A stretch of 64,000 nucleotides of DNA from Paludibacteraceae bacterium (GCA_045642085.1 JAZUIF010000107.1:267-64266); one strand, 5' to 3'; positions 37,507-48,599 are shown, counted from the stretch's first letter. Notes: generated by a model not told the origin, from the letters alone. Made by a program: numbers and translations.

Positions 37507-38865
37507 TTACTGTTTTAAATAACTAATTCTAAGAATTTGCTTTGTTTGTTCGTCAATTCTGAAACGGTTGTCTGTGCGATGGCCCACAACCCAAATGATG
37601 TCACCACATTTTCCATCCGTCAAAACCCACGTATTTTCTTTTTCAAATAAACTAAATTTCTGATCTACAAAAAAATCACTAAGCTTCTTTCTTCCTTTCA
37701 TTCCGAATGGACAGAAGTAATCCGCTTGTTTCCATTTCCTCAATGTGAGAGGGAAAGTAAGCTTCTTATAGTCGATGCAACAGACTGACTTATCTTTCAC
37801 GATTGTGAAATTGTTGCTGTCGAATATTTCAGCCATGAAACTGATGTTGAGGTTGAAGAAAGCTGCGACGTTGCGAATCTCATACTCCTCTTCTTCATCT
37901 TCAAACCCGTCTGCATTATCATGATGCAACTGAATAAAGAGCTTTTCTCTATCTCTCAACGCACGTATGCCAGATGTCGAATAGAATTGTTTTCCGGAAG
38001 CATTCTCCTCAAATATACATGTATATATATTGAATACTGTCGACGACGAAAAACCGTATGGTTTCAACAACTCGTATAGTACATAAATAGGTTCCGGAGC
38101 TGTGCGAATCTTTTCCAGATCTAACACATCCATGTTCGGCTGATGCTCCACAATCTCTTCACGTAACATCTCCACAAAATGCATCACAAAATTCTGCGTA
38201 CGAGTGAGGTTCTCAATACTCTGAATTGTCGACGCACGGAAACTTGGATTTATGGATTCAAGTGCAGGAATGATAACATTACGCATCTTATTCCTTACAT
38301 ACACAACCTCACTGTTGGTGCTGTCCTCAACATAATCCAGACCATTGTCGAAGATATAGTCGTTGATATCCATACGTGAGATGCAAAGGAACGGACGGAC
38401 GACATTACCATTTTTAGGCTTTATTCCTGTCAATCCATTCAGACCTGTGCCTCGAGTCATATTGATAAGGAATGTCTCCACAACATCATCACTATGGTGG
38501 GCAACAGCTATATACTTGCATCCAGTCAGCTTAATCAATGACTCAAACCATTCGTAACGAAGGTCACGAGCAGCCATCTCTATGGAAAGTTTATGCTCTC
38601 TTGCGTACGTTTCGGTGTCGAAATCGATAGAGTAGAAAGGAACATCCATATCCTGGACATGCTTAGTCACAAACTCACTATCTCTATTTGATTCCTCCCC
38701 ACGAAGATGGAAATTACAATGAGCCACAACAATATCATAGCCCAAACGATAAAGCACATGAAGAAGGGCAATGGAATCACGTCCACCACTCACTCCAAGA
38801 AGTATCTTGTCCTTTTTCGTAAAAAGGGACTCCTTTTCAATAAAATGCTTTACTTTCGTCTCCAT
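37507..38865 (-). CDS. tilS: tRNA(Ile)-lysidine synthetase
   Basis: PP-loop SGGRDS near the N-terminus; 452 aa. Confidence 0.92.
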   Translation of the reverse strand: METKVKHFIEKESLFTKKDKILLGVSGGRDSIALLHVLYRLGYDIVVAHCNFHLRGEESNRDSEFVTKHVQDMDVPFYSIDFDTETYAREHKLSIEMAARDLRYEWFESLIKLTGCKYIAVAHHSDDVVETFLINMTRGTGLNGLTGIKPKNGNVVRPFLCISRMDINDYIFDNGLDYVEDSTNSEVVYVRNKMRNVIIPALESINPSFRASTIQSIENLTRTQNFVMHFVEMLREEIVEHQPNMDVLDLEKIRTAPEPIYVLYELLKPYGFSSSTVFNIYTCIFEENASGKQFYSTSGIRALRDREKLFIQLHHDNADGFEDEEEEYEIRNVAAFFNLNISFMAEIFDSNNFTIVKDKSVCCIDYKKLTFPLTLRKWKQADYFCPFGMKGRKKLSDFFVDQKFSLFEKENTWVLTDGKCGDIIWVVGHRTDNRFRIDEQTKQILRISYLKQ

Positions 38866-38892
38866 AGGCGAAATCTAAATAATAGATATAGT

Positions 38893-40239
38893 TTAGTCTG
38901 CTTTCCTTACCAAGTTGACGGTACCCTTCAACTTATATTCTACACCGTCAACACCTTTTGCTTTCACAACATAATAGTATGCTCCAATTGGAGCCTCACT
39001 ACCTTTGTGTGTACCGTCCCATCCGATTGTTATATCTTCTGATTCGTACATTTTCTTTCCCATTGTGTTGTAAATCCATATCTTATATTCCGCAAGAGAA
39101 GTATAAGTAGGGCGGAACTCATCATTTATTCCGTCTCCATTAGGAGTAAACACATATGGCATTTCGATATATGATGTCTTAACCTTAAATCCTGCAACAA
39201 GGGTATCCTTACACACACTATTGTCGCATGCAAGTACTATGTAATGAGTGCCATAATCCACAATAGGCTCGTCTGTAAGCGACATGTCATTGTTGCGCAC
39301 TCTATATCTGTTACGAAGTACACCAGTGGAGTCGTTATAGAAACTCCATACATAGGTTGCGTCAACTGTATCAGCAGGCGTATTGTCAACAGAACTACGC
39401 TCAAGGCTAATTTTTAGCGGACCTGAGAACATATTGTTGACAACATTGTTTTTTGCTTCATCCATTGTGCCAAACACAAGCTCGTCATCTCCTCGCTTCT
39501 CAGTATTGTGAGGAATAGCCTCAGCGTCAATTGTAAGATGAGCAGCAGTGAATGGAAGAAGTGTATGGAACGTGTCGCTGACATACTCATACTTAGTAAG
39601 CTTATCTTTTAGCTTGAACACGGTATGTCTCTTAGGCTTACTGATAAGCAATGTCATATCATCATTTACTCCATCTACCTCAACTTCTACCTGTTTTTCC
39701 TTAATCTGGATGCCATCAGCCTCATAATCGATATACGACAAGACAAAATTGTCCTTTATGTTTGTCGTCTCGCCTCTTGAGTTGACATATGTGTTAGGAA
39801 ATTCAAGATTAGAAAACTGAACCTTCAAATTTGGATCACAAACAGGTGTCAAAGAATCATAATCACACACCTTTACAGTAGGTGTCGCCACACTTTTCTT
39901 GACATAACACAAATAAACCTTCTCTGTGTTGCCTTCTGCATTTCCCACATTATAAGAAAGGACATAACACTTGTTTGTTCCTATCTTAAATGAGCCGTCA
40001 GTCACCTGAACAGGATCTTTTCCCGATAAAGGAACAACGTTGATGTCTGAGATACCTTTCTCATTATCTGCAGTTAGAGTTATACTTGCACTGTCAGCTT
40101 CACCAACAAAAATCTTTTCGCCATACGACCCATCCTTGTATAATACAGTGGAATCATTGGCTGGAATTAAAGAGACTGCTGAGGCAGCAAGAGATGCCAC
40201 GGCAGCGAAAATAGTTGAGACGAAACGTCTTTTCTTCAT
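38893..40239 (-). CDS. Secreted protein with a T9SS type B sorting domain, function unknown
   Basis: Signal peptide; C-terminal FTPNGDGINDEF motif. Confidence 0.8.
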   Translation of the reverse strand: MKKRRFVSTIFAAVASLAASAVSLIPANDSTVLYKDGSYGEKIFVGEADSASITLTADNEKGISDINVVPLSGKDPVQVTDGSFKIGTNKCYVLSYNVGNAEGNTEKVYLCYVKKSVATPTVKVCDYDSLTPVCDPNLKVQFSNLEFPNTYVNSRGETTNIKDNFVLSYIDYEADGIQIKEKQVEVEVDGVNDDMTLLISKPKRHTVFKLKDKLTKYEYVSDTFHTLLPFTAAHLTIDAEAIPHNTEKRGDDELVFGTMDEAKNNVVNNMFSGPLKISLERSSVDNTPADTVDATYVWSFYNDSTGVLRNRYRVRNNDMSLTDEPIVDYGTHYIVLACDNSVCKDTLVAGFKVKTSYIEMPYVFTPNGDGINDEFRPTYTSLAEYKIWIYNTMGKKMYESEDITIGWDGTHKGSEAPIGAYYYVVKAKGVDGVEYKLKGTVNLVRKAD

Positions 40240-40661
40240 TAGCGTAATCTGTTGAGGCTTCTAACCTTTGCTTCGTCTATGCCGATTGCTTTAATGGCAA
40301 GCAGATTCATAACGACAGAGACGATAGGCAAGAAAGTAGCCCAAGTGACTGAAATATTATAGTCCATACAATCATCTAACGCCAACCACACCGCAAAAGC
40401 AATAATGTTTAGAAGGATAAGAACTGTGGCATAACCTACAACTCTCATCTGGCGTACTCGGTTGTTGAATAGAAAAATAGAACCGAATGTAAGAAGAATT
40501 GTTATGATAAGAATAGTCATAACGACTGGACAATCCATTACTGAATATTTATATACACAATCATCTCCCGCATTAAGAAATTTGATACAATCGTTAAACG
40601 ACACCAATATCAAAAATATAGTGCTGATTAACAAGTAAATAGTTTGTATTCTCTGAATCAT
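40239..40661 (-). CDS. DUF4293-like small membrane protein
   Basis: MIQRIQTIYLL start and four hydrophobic segments; its stop overlaps the next ATG (TAATG). Confidence 0.65.
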   Translation of the reverse strand: MIQRIQTIYLLISTIFLILVSFNDCIKFLNAGDDCVYKYSVMDCPVVMTILIITILLTFGSIFLFNNRVRQMRVVGYATVLILLNIIAFAVWLALDDCMDYNISVTWATFLPIVSVVMNLLAIKAIGIDEAKVRSLNRLR

Positions 40662-40732
40662 TTTTCACATAGTTTAAACTCAATAGCAAAAATAAAAAAA
40701 ATTATAAATAAATGCAATAAGAGAAGAATTTT

Positions 40733-40772
40733 TAAAAAGAAGCAGCCGCTGGTAATTTCACCAACGGCTGTG
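40733..40772 (-). terminator. Terminator after the purF-like gene
   Basis: CAGCCG..CGGCTG extended stem, T run on the minus strand. Confidence 0.6.
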
Positions 40773-40799
40773 TCTCTTAACTATTATAGTCAACTATAA

Positions 40800-42212
40800 T
40801 TACTCGTGTCCGTAGCTGCTTCCATCGAAACAGTGTGTACAAACGCACTCCTTAGGAAGTCCGATAGCTTCGATGATGTTCTCAAGAGTGTTGAACTTCA
40901 ATGAATCCATTCCCAAACGTGTGCGAATCTCATCTACCATCTTATTGTAGCGCTCTGTACCTGGAGTGATATATTCGTCGATATGAGCATCCATGTCGCC
41001 ACCCTCAAGCTCTTTCACAATACGGCGAGTGATTAGCTCAAGCACCGATTTAGAAGCTGAGAAGTTGATGAATGGGCATCCGTAAAGCAACGGTGGACAG
41101 CTGATACGCATATGAACCTGCTTTACTCCGTAATCATAAAGAACCTTTACGTTATCTCTCAACTGTGTACCACGAACGATTGAGTCGTCGCAGAACATAG
41201 CCACCTTATCTTTCAATAGAGCTCTGTTTGGCACAAGCTTCATGCTTGCCACTAGCTCACGCATCTTCTGGTTTGTAGGAGTAAACGAACGTGGCCAAGT
41301 AGGTGTGTACTTCACGATAGCACGACGATATGGCACGTTAAGACCGTTGGAGTAACCTAGGGCATGACCGATACCTGAATCTGGAATAGCTGCCACATAG
41401 TCAGGTTTAACATCGTCGTCCTTCGACATCAATAGTCCACTCTTTACACGGAACTCATCGACGTTGATATCTTCGTATGTTGAAGGTGGGTAACCGTAGT
41501 AGATCCACATGAATGAGCAGATCTGCATCTTCTTCTCTGGCTTGCGTAGCTGCTCGAATCCGTCGGCTGTGATAAGGACGATCTCGCCTGGTCCGATATT
41601 GTAGACAGCCTCATAGCCAAGATTTGGATATGCCACAGTCTCGCCTGTTACAGCATAAGCACCATCCTTCTTTCCGATCACAAGTGGAAGACGTCCATAT
41701 TTATCACGGGCTGCGATGATTCCTTTCTCAGTAAGAAGGAGCATTGTGCATGATCCTTTGATAGTGTTGTAGACGCGCTCGATTCCGTCAACAAAATCCT
41801 TACCTTCTGTGATAAGCATTGAGATAAGCTCTGTCTGGTTTGTGTCACCACCACTGAATTCAGCGAAATGGTGCATACGGCCAAGCAAATCACCCTCGAT
41901 CTCCTTAAGATTGTTGACTTTCGCTACAGTACACACTGCGAATCTTCCCAGGTGGCTGTTGACGATGATTGGCTGCGAATCTGTGTCGCTGATTACTCCG
42001 ATTCCGGAGTTGCCGCTGAACTTTTCAAGCTCTGGCTCAAATTTTGTTCTGAAATATGTGCTTTCCAAATTGTGGATAGATCTCACGAACCCTTTTTCTG
42101 AAAGAGTCGCTAGTCCACCACGCTTAGTGCCAAGATGCGAGTTGTAATCTGTTCCATAGAACAGGTCTTTTATGCAACTCTCTTTGCCAATAGTACCAAA
42201 AATGCCACCCAT
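40800..42212 (-). CDS. PurF-family amidophosphoribosyltransferase-like protein lacking the N-terminal Cys nucleophile
   Basis: 470 aa; begins MGGIFG instead of MCGI; PRPP-binding motif FCDDSIVRGTQL. Confidence 0.8.
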   Translation of the reverse strand: MGGIFGTIGKESCIKDLFYGTDYNSHLGTKRGGLATLSEKGFVRSIHNLESTYFRTKFEPELEKFSGNSGIGVISDTDSQPIIVNSHLGRFAVCTVAKVNNLKEIEGDLLGRMHHFAEFSGGDTNQTELISMLITEGKDFVDGIERVYNTIKGSCTMLLLTEKGIIAARDKYGRLPLVIGKKDGAYAVTGETVAYPNLGYEAVYNIGPGEIVLITADGFEQLRKPEKKMQICSFMWIYYGYPPSTYEDINVDEFRVKSGLLMSKDDDVKPDYVAAIPDSGIGHALGYSNGLNVPYRRAIVKYTPTWPRSFTPTNQKMRELVASMKLVPNRALLKDKVAMFCDDSIVRGTQLRDNVKVLYDYGVKQVHMRISCPPLLYGCPFINFSASKSVLELITRRIVKELEGGDMDAHIDEYITPGTERYNKMVDEIRTRLGMDSLKFNTLENIIEAIGLPKECVCTHCFDGSSYGHE

Positions 42213-42243
42213 TGTTATTTTATAGTCTTTATGAAACTGTCCA

Positions 42244-42251
42244 CAAAAGTA
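42244..42251 (-). promoter_or_regulatory. -7 box TACTTTTG upstream of the purF-like gene
   Basis: TAnnTTTG about 32 nt upstream of the ATG at 42212. Confidence 0.45.
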
Positions 42252-42328
42252 GTGAAAAATTAAGAAAAATCTCTTACGACATCACTTTTTTGAAGAAGAC
42301 AATGTTTTTCATTATTTAACTCAACAAG

Positions 42329-43150
42329 TTAAGGATTCCAGATTTCCACATTGGTCTTCTCTGGACCTGCCTTTTTGCCTTCTATCTTTTCGTATGTGTT
42401 TGTATTTGATTTTTCGTTCGACTTAGAACCTCCTCCTGAACGAGGCTTACACTCGCTTTGTGTCTCAACCTTTGGTTTTGAATGGTGAGCCTTGTAACGA
42501 ATTCTGTTCTTCTTCTCAAATCTGAATGGGTATGCTATCGTTAGCTGAGGCTCTACCCATGAAGAGATTCTTCTCTCTCTTTCTGCATCATTTGTGACGA
42601 CTTCAACTGTCATATCTTCATTTGTGACTGTTGTCGTTTCATCTTCTACCACTTTGTGTAGATTATATTGTGGGAAGATGGCATAACCTAGAGCACATAC
42701 TAGGCATTTACCTTCACGAAGCGGTATTCGTCCTCCAAAATAGAAATCGACAAAAGGATGAATCTTGTCTTTACAGTATGCCACACCTCCTGATTGAGCA
42801 ATGGTAAGAATGTTCTTTCTTCCAAATGTCCATCGCACGTTGACTGCGGCAGGAAATGCGAAAACATCATTGAGCATATACATGGCTCCGACTTTTCCTC
42901 CCAAGAAAAAATAGTTTGTGATCTGCGCTCCTGGAGTGGCAAACAATCCGAATGCTGGCTTTACCATTCCGGTAGAGTCGGCAAGATCAGCTGTAAGCAT
43001 AAAGTCGCCATAAAGACGGAAACCTGTTTTTTCTTTTGGCAGAGCTGTATGTTTTGAATATGATGAACGTGGATCCCTTGCCATGGACGTGCATACACAA
43101 CACATCACGGCGACCAACGTCAGAATCACTCTTTTTATTATCTTCTCCAT
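42329..43150 (-). CDS. Hypothetical exported protein with a Lys/Ser/Gly-rich C-terminus
   Basis: 273 aa; N-terminal signal-like segment; no family recognised. Confidence 0.55.
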   Translation of the reverse strand: MEKIIKRVILTLVAVMCCVCTSMARDPRSSYSKHTALPKEKTGFRLYGDFMLTADLADSTGMVKPAFGLFATPGAQITNYFFLGGKVGAMYMLNDVFAFPAAVNVRWTFGRKNILTIAQSGGVAYCKDKIHPFVDFYFGGRIPLREGKCLVCALGYAIFPQYNLHKVVEDETTTVTNEDMTVEVVTNDAERERRISSWVEPQLTIAYPFRFEKKNRIRYKAHHSKPKVETQSECKPRSGGGSKSNEKSNTNTYEKIEGKKAGPEKTNVEIWNP

Positions 43151-43263
43151 ACTTTGTAAGTTTCAAAATGCAAATATAATGGATTTTACGCACTTACAAT
43201 TTTTTATTTTGCATTTCGCATCCCTCATTTATAATTTAATTTCTCATTTCCCATTTTATTTTC

Positions 43264-43271
43264 TATTTTTG
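43264..43271 (+). promoter_or_regulatory. -7 box TATTTTTG upstream of cdaA
   Basis: TAnnTTTG 40 nt upstream of the ATG at 43311. Confidence 0.4.
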
Positions 43272-43310
43272 CTGATTTTTATATTGCAATAGCAAAACAA
43301 AGAAAGAATT

Positions 43311-44078
43311 ATGGGTTCATCCTTTTTTCAGTTCGTAGATTTTTTAGATATCCTGCTTGGAGGCATCATCCTATACAAACTGTATAAGATGCTGAAAGAC
43401 ACGTCTGCGCTCCGCCTATTCATCGGTGTGCTAGTGGTGATCGCGGCATGGATGATCGTCAACTCTCTATTGCAGATGAAGCTGATAGGCGGTGTGCTCA
43501 ACCAGATAGTCAACGTGGGTGCTATCGCCTTGATTGTTCTTTTCCAAGATGAAATCCGAAACGCTCTTACCGGTATCGGTTCGGGCAACAATTTTCTTTC
43601 TCGTCTGCTCAACACCCAGCGTGTCCAGACTATGGAGGAGAGTGATATTATGCAGATCGTTATCGCATGCAGAAACATGGCTCGCGAGAAAGTAGGTGCT
43701 CTCATAGTGATTGAGAATGAGATGAGTTTGCAGAGTATTATTGTGACAGGTGATGAGATTTCAGCCAAAATCAATTCACGTCTTATCGAGAATATCTTCT
43801 TCAAAAATTCTCCTCTGCACGACGGAGCTATGATTATCGGCAACAAGGTAATCAAGGCTGCTGGTTGTATCCTGCCTTTGTCGCACAATATGAATGTGCC
43901 AAAGTCGTTCGGTCTACGTCACCGTGCTGCACTTGGCGTAAGTGAAAAACTTGATGTTCAGGCTATTATAGTATCAGAAGAGACTGGCAAAATCTCATAT
44001 GCTGAGAATGGAACTATCATCCATGATATATCTACAAAGGAGCTTGAGTCCATACTTTCTAAATCTAAAGCCAAATGA
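43311..44078 (+). CDS. cdaA: Diadenylate cyclase CdaA
   Basis: Three N-terminal TM segments; DAC-domain motifs HDGAMII and GLRHRAALG. Confidence 0.93.
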   Translation: MGSSFFQFVDFLDILLGGIILYKLYKMLKDTSALRLFIGVLVVIAAWMIVNSLLQMKLIGGVLNQIVNVGAIALIVLFQDEIRNALTGIGSGNNFLSRLLNTQRVQTMEESDIMQIVIACRNMAREKVGALIVIENEMSLQSIIVTGDEISAKINSRLIENIFFKNSPLHDGAMIIGNKVIKAAGCILPLSHNMNVPKSFGLRHRAALGVSEKLDVQAIIVSEETGKISYAENGTIIHDISTKELESILSKSKAK

Positions 44079-44782
44079 GTGAATTGACTAATATGAACCA
44101 GGGAGTCGACAAAGATACCATACAGGATGTAGTATTGTCCGTCAAGGGAGTATGCAAAAGTTTCAGCAATCTCCGTGTGCTTTCGGATGTCTCGTTTGAT
44201 ATCCGTCGCTACGAGTTTGTATCAATCGTCGGACCTAGTGGAGCCGGTAAGACTACCCTTTTGCAGATCATCAGCACACTTGCGTCAGCCGATTCAGGCG
44301 AGGTGAATATTCTTGGCAAAGACACTTCTCGACTTTCTCACGAGGAAGTCTGCAAACTTCGCAATCGCGACCTTGGTTTCGTGTTCCAGTTTCACCAGCT
44401 TCTACCCGAATTCACAGCTCTTGAGAATGTGATGGTCCCTGCCCTTATTGCTGGACGCGATGAGGCTGAATGCAAACAGGAGGCAATGACACTGCTTACA
44501 CGCCTTGGTCTTGCTGAGAGAGCATCACATCATCCGAATGAGCTTTCCGGAGGAGAGAAGCAGAGAGTGGCTGTGGCAAGAGCCTTAATCAACAAGCCTC
44601 AGATTCTGTTTGCCGACGAGCCGACAGGTAGCCTCGACAGCCAGAACAGAGATGAGTTGCAGAAACTGTTCCTTGACCTTCGCAAAGAGTTTGGCTTGAC
44701 AGTGATTGTCGTCACTCATGATATGACTCTTGCTCAGCAGAGCGACAGAGTAATAGAGATGAAAGATGGAAAAATTATCTAA
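44075..44782 (+). CDS. ABC transporter ATP-binding protein, LolD/MacB type
   Basis: Walker [10 protein letters not shown], signature LSGGEKQR, Walker B ILFADEPT; ATGA overlap with cdaA. Confidence 0.85.
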   Translation: MSELTNMNQGVDKDTIQDVVLSVKGVCKSFSNLRVLSDVSFDIRRYEFVSIVGPSGAGKTTLLQIISTLASADSGEVNILGKDTSRLSHEEVCKLRNRDLGFVFQFHQLLPEFTALENVMVPALIAGRDEAECKQEAMTLLTRLGLAERASHHPNELSGGEKQRVAVARALINKPQILFADEPTGSLDSQNRDELQKLFLDLRKEFGLTVIVVTHDMTLAQQSDRVIEMKDGKII

Positions 44783-45545
44783 AATTCTCAAAAAGGTAAA
44801 ATACTCCGTCGTTAGTTCTCTATATCCACACACTTGCGGAGCATGTGGAGCTGTGGTTGAGACTGAAGGAGAGACCTTATGTGAGGATTGCAGATATAGT
44901 TTGGAATATATTCCGCTTGATGTCGACCTTACTCCGTTGGCAAGAGAGATGACACAAGTGCAGCTCAGCTATTTCATGCCGTTGCTTTCATATAGGAAGT
45001 CGGATATCGAATCACGTTTTGTGCTGAATATCAAGAATTCAGGAGTGAAGAGATATGGTATTGAGGCGGGACGAATGATGGGCAGAATGATAAATGCCCG
45101 TGTCGACGCGGGAGAGTTCGACTGTGTTGTGCCGGTGCCGATTACATCCAAACGTTATGAGATGCGTGGATACAACCAAAGTGAGTTGCTTTGTATCGGC
45201 ATTGAGATGGAGACGGGTATTCCGGTCCGTACTGATTTGCTTGTCAACGAAGGAAAACTGGTGAGCAACAGTATAGATGCCAAGCGTCACAAGAGTGCCA
45301 CTGCCAACAAGTATCAGGCCACTGATGAGGTGAAGGCGTTTCGTGGCAAACATATATTAGTGATCGACGATGTCATCACAACTGGCAAAACCATCCGTGA
45401 GTGTTCGGCTTCCATTATGGAGAAGTGCGACAACAACGTGAAGGTGAGTATAGCGGTGGTGGGAATGGTGTCGGACCTACTGACTATATACGAAGAACAA
45501 AACAAAGATTATACGAATTTTACAAAGGATATTTTTCAAGACTGA
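44766..45545 (+). CDS. comF: ComF-family phosphoribosyltransferase-like protein
   Basis: N-terminal Cys4 (CGACG..CEDC); PRT motif [13 protein letters not shown]. Confidence 0.85.
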   Translation: MEKLSKILKKVKYSVVSSLYPHTCGACGAVVETEGETLCEDCRYSLEYIPLDVDLTPLAREMTQVQLSYFMPLLSYRKSDIESRFVLNIKNSGVKRYGIEAGRMMGRMINARVDAGEFDCVVPVPITSKRYEMRGYNQSELLCIGIEMETGIPVRTDLLVNEGKLVSNSIDAKRHKSATANKYQATDEVKAFRGKHILVIDDVITTGKTIRECSASIMEKCDNNVKVSIAVVGMVSDLLTIYEEQNKDYTNFTKDIFQD

Positions 45546-48352
45546 TGATAGACAATATCACCATACAAAGAATTAAGGAGGCAGCAAATATTGTTGACGT
45601 GGTCGGCGACTATGTCACTCTTCGTCGTGCCGGCACGTCATATAAAGGATTGTGTCCGTTCCACAACGAAAAGACTCCATCTTTCATTGTCACACCAGCG
45701 AAGAATATCTGTAAATGTTTCGGTTGCGGAGGCGGTGGTGATAGCATCTCTTTCATTATGAAAATGGAGAATCTGTCGTATCTTGACGCACTCCGTTTCC
45801 TAGCCAAAAAGTTTGGAATCACAGTCGTTGAAAAGGAGCTTACTCCTGAAGAAAAGGAGCAGCAGACACTGCGCGACAAGATGCTTGATGCCAACCAATG
45901 GCTCTCAGATTACTTTGAAAAAACGATGCGTGAGACGGATGAAGGTCGTGCAGTCGGCTACCAATATTTCATCCATCGTGGTCTACGCGAAGACATAATT
46001 AAGAAGTTCCATCTTGGCTATTCGCCCGAGGATTTTCAGGCATATACGAACACGGCTCCTCTTCAGGGAATCAAGGTGGAGCATCTCATTGCATTAGGAG
46101 CGACGGTTAACACTGGCACCCGAAACTACGACAAATATCACGGTCGTGTGATGTTCCCAATCCATTCCATCTCAGGCAAGGTAGTGGGATTTGGAGCACG
46201 TACTTTGAAGTCGGATAAAAGTGTAGCAAAATACTTCAATCCACCAGAGAGTGAAGTCTACAATAAGAGCGAAAATCTATATGGTATTTTCTTTGCCCGA
46301 CAGGCCATCATCAAGAAGCAGAAATGCTACGTGGTGGAGGGTTATGCCGACGTGATTTCCATGCATCAGGCAGGAGTGGAGAACATTGTGGCACCATGTG
46401 GTACGGCGTTGACAACCGGGCAGATTCGTCTGCTCAAACGAGTACTGCCATCCGTCGGCAACACAGCCACCGATGAGAAGTATGTCACTATGCTCTACGA
46501 TGGCGACTCTGCCGGTCAGCACGCAGCCATCAAGAATGGAAAACTCTTCTTGGCTGAAGGATTGAATGTTCGCGTCGTCACACTTCCTGTGGAGGAGGAT
46601 CCAGATTCCTTCGCACAACACAACAATGCGGATGTCGTCCAGAAATATTTGGAGGAGAACGAACAGGATTACATCTTGTTCAAATCCAATGTGTTGCTAC
46701 GTGAGTGTGAGAACGACCCAATGAAGAAGGCCGCAGCCATCAAAGATATGGCAGAGACCATCTCAGTGATTGAGGATCCCATCAAACGCGACGTCTACTC
46801 AAGAGAGATTGCCCCACTCTTCCATACAGAGCAGAGCATCGTCATGGAGTATGTCGGAAAGATGCGTCGTGATGCGGCAGCCGCAAAAGAAAAAGAACGA
46901 CTCAGAGGTCAGAGTTTCAGCCAGACCCCTACTACTCCAGTAGGACAAAACAATCAGGCTCAAGGAAGATATCCATCTCAAAATCAAGGTGTTCAACAGA
47001 CAAGTCAGCAGACAACAAATAATTCGCAAACTCCACAGCAGGCTCCGGATGAACCATTCATCCCAGATGATTATTATGAGCAGATTGCAGCCGAACAGGG
47101 AGGAAACGTACAGCCACAACAGAATGCGGGTGGACAAGCGTCGACACAAAAGAATCCAAACGATATCGTTGACAAATTCTCTGTCGACTATCTAGCTACG
47201 CTCAATCGACAGTTTGTTTGCGAACGTGAGCTTATGGGGTTGATTGTCAACTATGGAAACAAACCCGTTATCATAGTTGAAGATAAAGAGAAGAAGACTT
47301 CGGATGTGTTGAATGTAGTTGAAGCTATCGCATACGACTTCCAGAAAGATGAGTTTGAAATATCCAACCCAACCTTCAAACTGATGTTGGAAGAGGCAAG
47401 CAAAGAGTTTGAGAAAAACAAAAATGTCGACATCGTGAAATATTTCCAGAATCATGCCGACAGATCAGTCAACGACGCGATAAACAGCATATTGGCAGAC
47501 GACATGTCGCTTGAAGCAGAAATGACAGATTCCGACCGTCAGTTTTGCAAAGAGAAAAGAGACCGTGAACTCTTCAACAATCTGCGTAACAAGATTACTA
47601 TGATTAAGAGGGAGTGGTATGAGAACCATAAGAAATCACTACAAGAAGAGCTTGTCAACGCATATTCATCAGACAATAAAGAGCTGGCAAAAGAGCTAGC
47701 GGAAAAGTGGACAAAAGTCAGCACGAAGATCAACGAGATATTAAGTGCTGAGGGAAGAGTCCTCAATCAGAGCATCAAAATGGAGACACCATCACTTACA
47801 AGATATGAGATGCCGACTAAGGCAGAATTACGAAAAGCAGTCAAGACGAGAGTCAAAAAAATGACAGACGACGAGAAGAAAGCCGAGAGTGAGAAAGTAA
47901 TGGAAGTGCTTGAAAATGAGGCTCATTTCAAGGAAGCAAAGACAGTGTTGCTTTTCCATTCGTTGCCAGACGAGATCTGCACACACCAGCTGATTGAAAA
48001 ATACGCGTCGCAAAAGAAAATCCTTCTTCCTGTGATTAACGGAGAGAATTGGTATATCCGTGAGTATAATGGCGACTTGAAGACTGGAGAATTCAATATC
48101 CAAGAGCCAACAGGAATGAATATCCACGATTTCGACAGTATCGATTTAGTTGTAGTGCCAGGAGTAAGTTTTGACAAAGACCTTAACCGTGTTGGCCGAG
48201 GAAAAGGTTACTACGACAGAATCCTAGAGAAAATCAACAAAGCCTACAAGATAGGAATTTGTTTCGACTGTCAATTGCGTGACAAAATCCCCGCAGAAAA
48301 ATTTGATGTGAAAATGGATCAGGTAATCTCTGCATCAGGAATCATAATCTAA
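45545..48352 (+). CDS. dnaG: DNA primase DnaG, continuous in frame with a C-terminal 5-formyltetrahydrofolate cyclo-ligase domain
   Basis: Start at [12 protein letters not shown] (ATG 45545, 1-nt overlap with the comF stop). Zinc finger CPFHNEKTPSF..CFGCG. Toprim EGYADV and DGDSAG. Q/N/P-rich linker at about 46906-47165. No stop codon before the 5-FCL domain. Confidence 0.9.
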   Translation: MIDNITIQRIKEAANIVDVVGDYVTLRRAGTSYKGLCPFHNEKTPSFIVTPAKNICKCFGCGGGGDSISFIMKMENLSYLDALRFLAKKFGITVVEKELTPEEKEQQTLRDKMLDANQWLSDYFEKTMRETDEGRAVGYQYFIHRGLREDIIKKFHLGYSPEDFQAYTNTAPLQGIKVEHLIALGATVNTGTRNYDKYHGRVMFPIHSISGKVVGFGARTLKSDKSVAKYFNPPESEVYNKSENLYGIFFARQAIIKKQKCYVVEGYADVISMHQAGVENIVAPCGTALTTGQIRLLKRVLPSVGNTATDEKYVTMLYDGDSAGQHAAIKNGKLFLAEGLNVRVVTLPVEEDPDSFAQHNNADVVQKYLEENEQDYILFKSNVLLRECENDPMKKAAAIKDMAETISVIEDPIKRDVYSREIAPLFHTEQSIVMEYVGKMRRDAAAAKEKERLRGQSFSQTPTTPVGQNNQAQGRYPSQNQGVQQTSQQTTNNSQTPQQAPDEPFIPDDYYEQIAAEQGGNVQPQQNAGGQASTQKNPNDIVDKFSVDYLATLNRQFVCERELMGLIVNYGNKPVIIVEDKEKKTSDVLNVVEAIAYDFQKDEFEISNPTFKLMLEEASKEFEKNKNVDIVKYFQNHADRSVNDAINSILADDMSLEAEMTDSDRQFCKEKRDRELFNNLRNKITMIKREWYENHKKSLQEELVNAYSSDNKELAKELAEKWTKVSTKINEILSAEGRVLNQSIKMETPSLTRYEMPTKAELRKAVKTRVKKMTDDEKKAESEKVMEVLENEAHFKEAKTVLLFHSLPDEICTHQLIEKYASQKKILLPVINGENWYIREYNGDLKTGEFNIQEPTGMNIHDFDSIDLVVVPGVSFDKDLNRVGRGKGYYDRILEKINKAYKIGICFDCQLRDKIPAEKFDVKMDQVISASGIII
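47780..48352 (+). other. 5-formyltetrahydrofolate cyclo-ligase (MTHFS/YgfA) domain inside the dnaG reading frame
   Basis: LVVVPGVSFD and GRGKGYYDR motifs; in-frame ATGs at 47780 and 47810. Confidence 0.85.
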
Positions 48353-48362
48353 AATCTATCAA

Positions 48363-48386
48363 AGACGGGTAAGTTCCCCCGTCTCT
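48363..48386. repeat. GAGACG-family hairpin AGACGGG-N8-CCCGTCTCTAC after the dnaG-5FCL gene
   Basis: 7-bp stem; no clear T run. Confidence 0.45.
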
Positions 48387-48599
48387 ACAATCAGCATATA
48401 AATTCTAAATCTTAAAAATTCCACTATCAAACACAATATTGTCCCATTAAAATTCGTTATTGTATATAAAAACACAAAAAAATAGTACTAAAAAGGAGAT
48501 TAGACAGAATTGACGGCGGTTGCAATTTCATCTTTTCAACAATTATTACTATTTTTGCTTGCTAATTTAGTGTATTATATTCTGGACCGGAAGATATCT

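Noticed and set aside
43328-43888. 186-aa ORF antisense to cdaA, and similar antisense ORFs (56323..56874, 27541..28083, 16937..17260)
   Set aside because: The opposite strands carry strongly supported genes, so these are frame shadows. The 56323..56874 ORF is a by-product of the 78-bp repeat.
45401-45544. ORF-track start of the dnaG frame at 45401, overlapping comF by 145 nt
   Set aside because: The first 48 residues have no primase similarity. The canonical primase N-terminus ([20 protein letters not shown]) starts at the ATG at 45545, abutting the comF stop.
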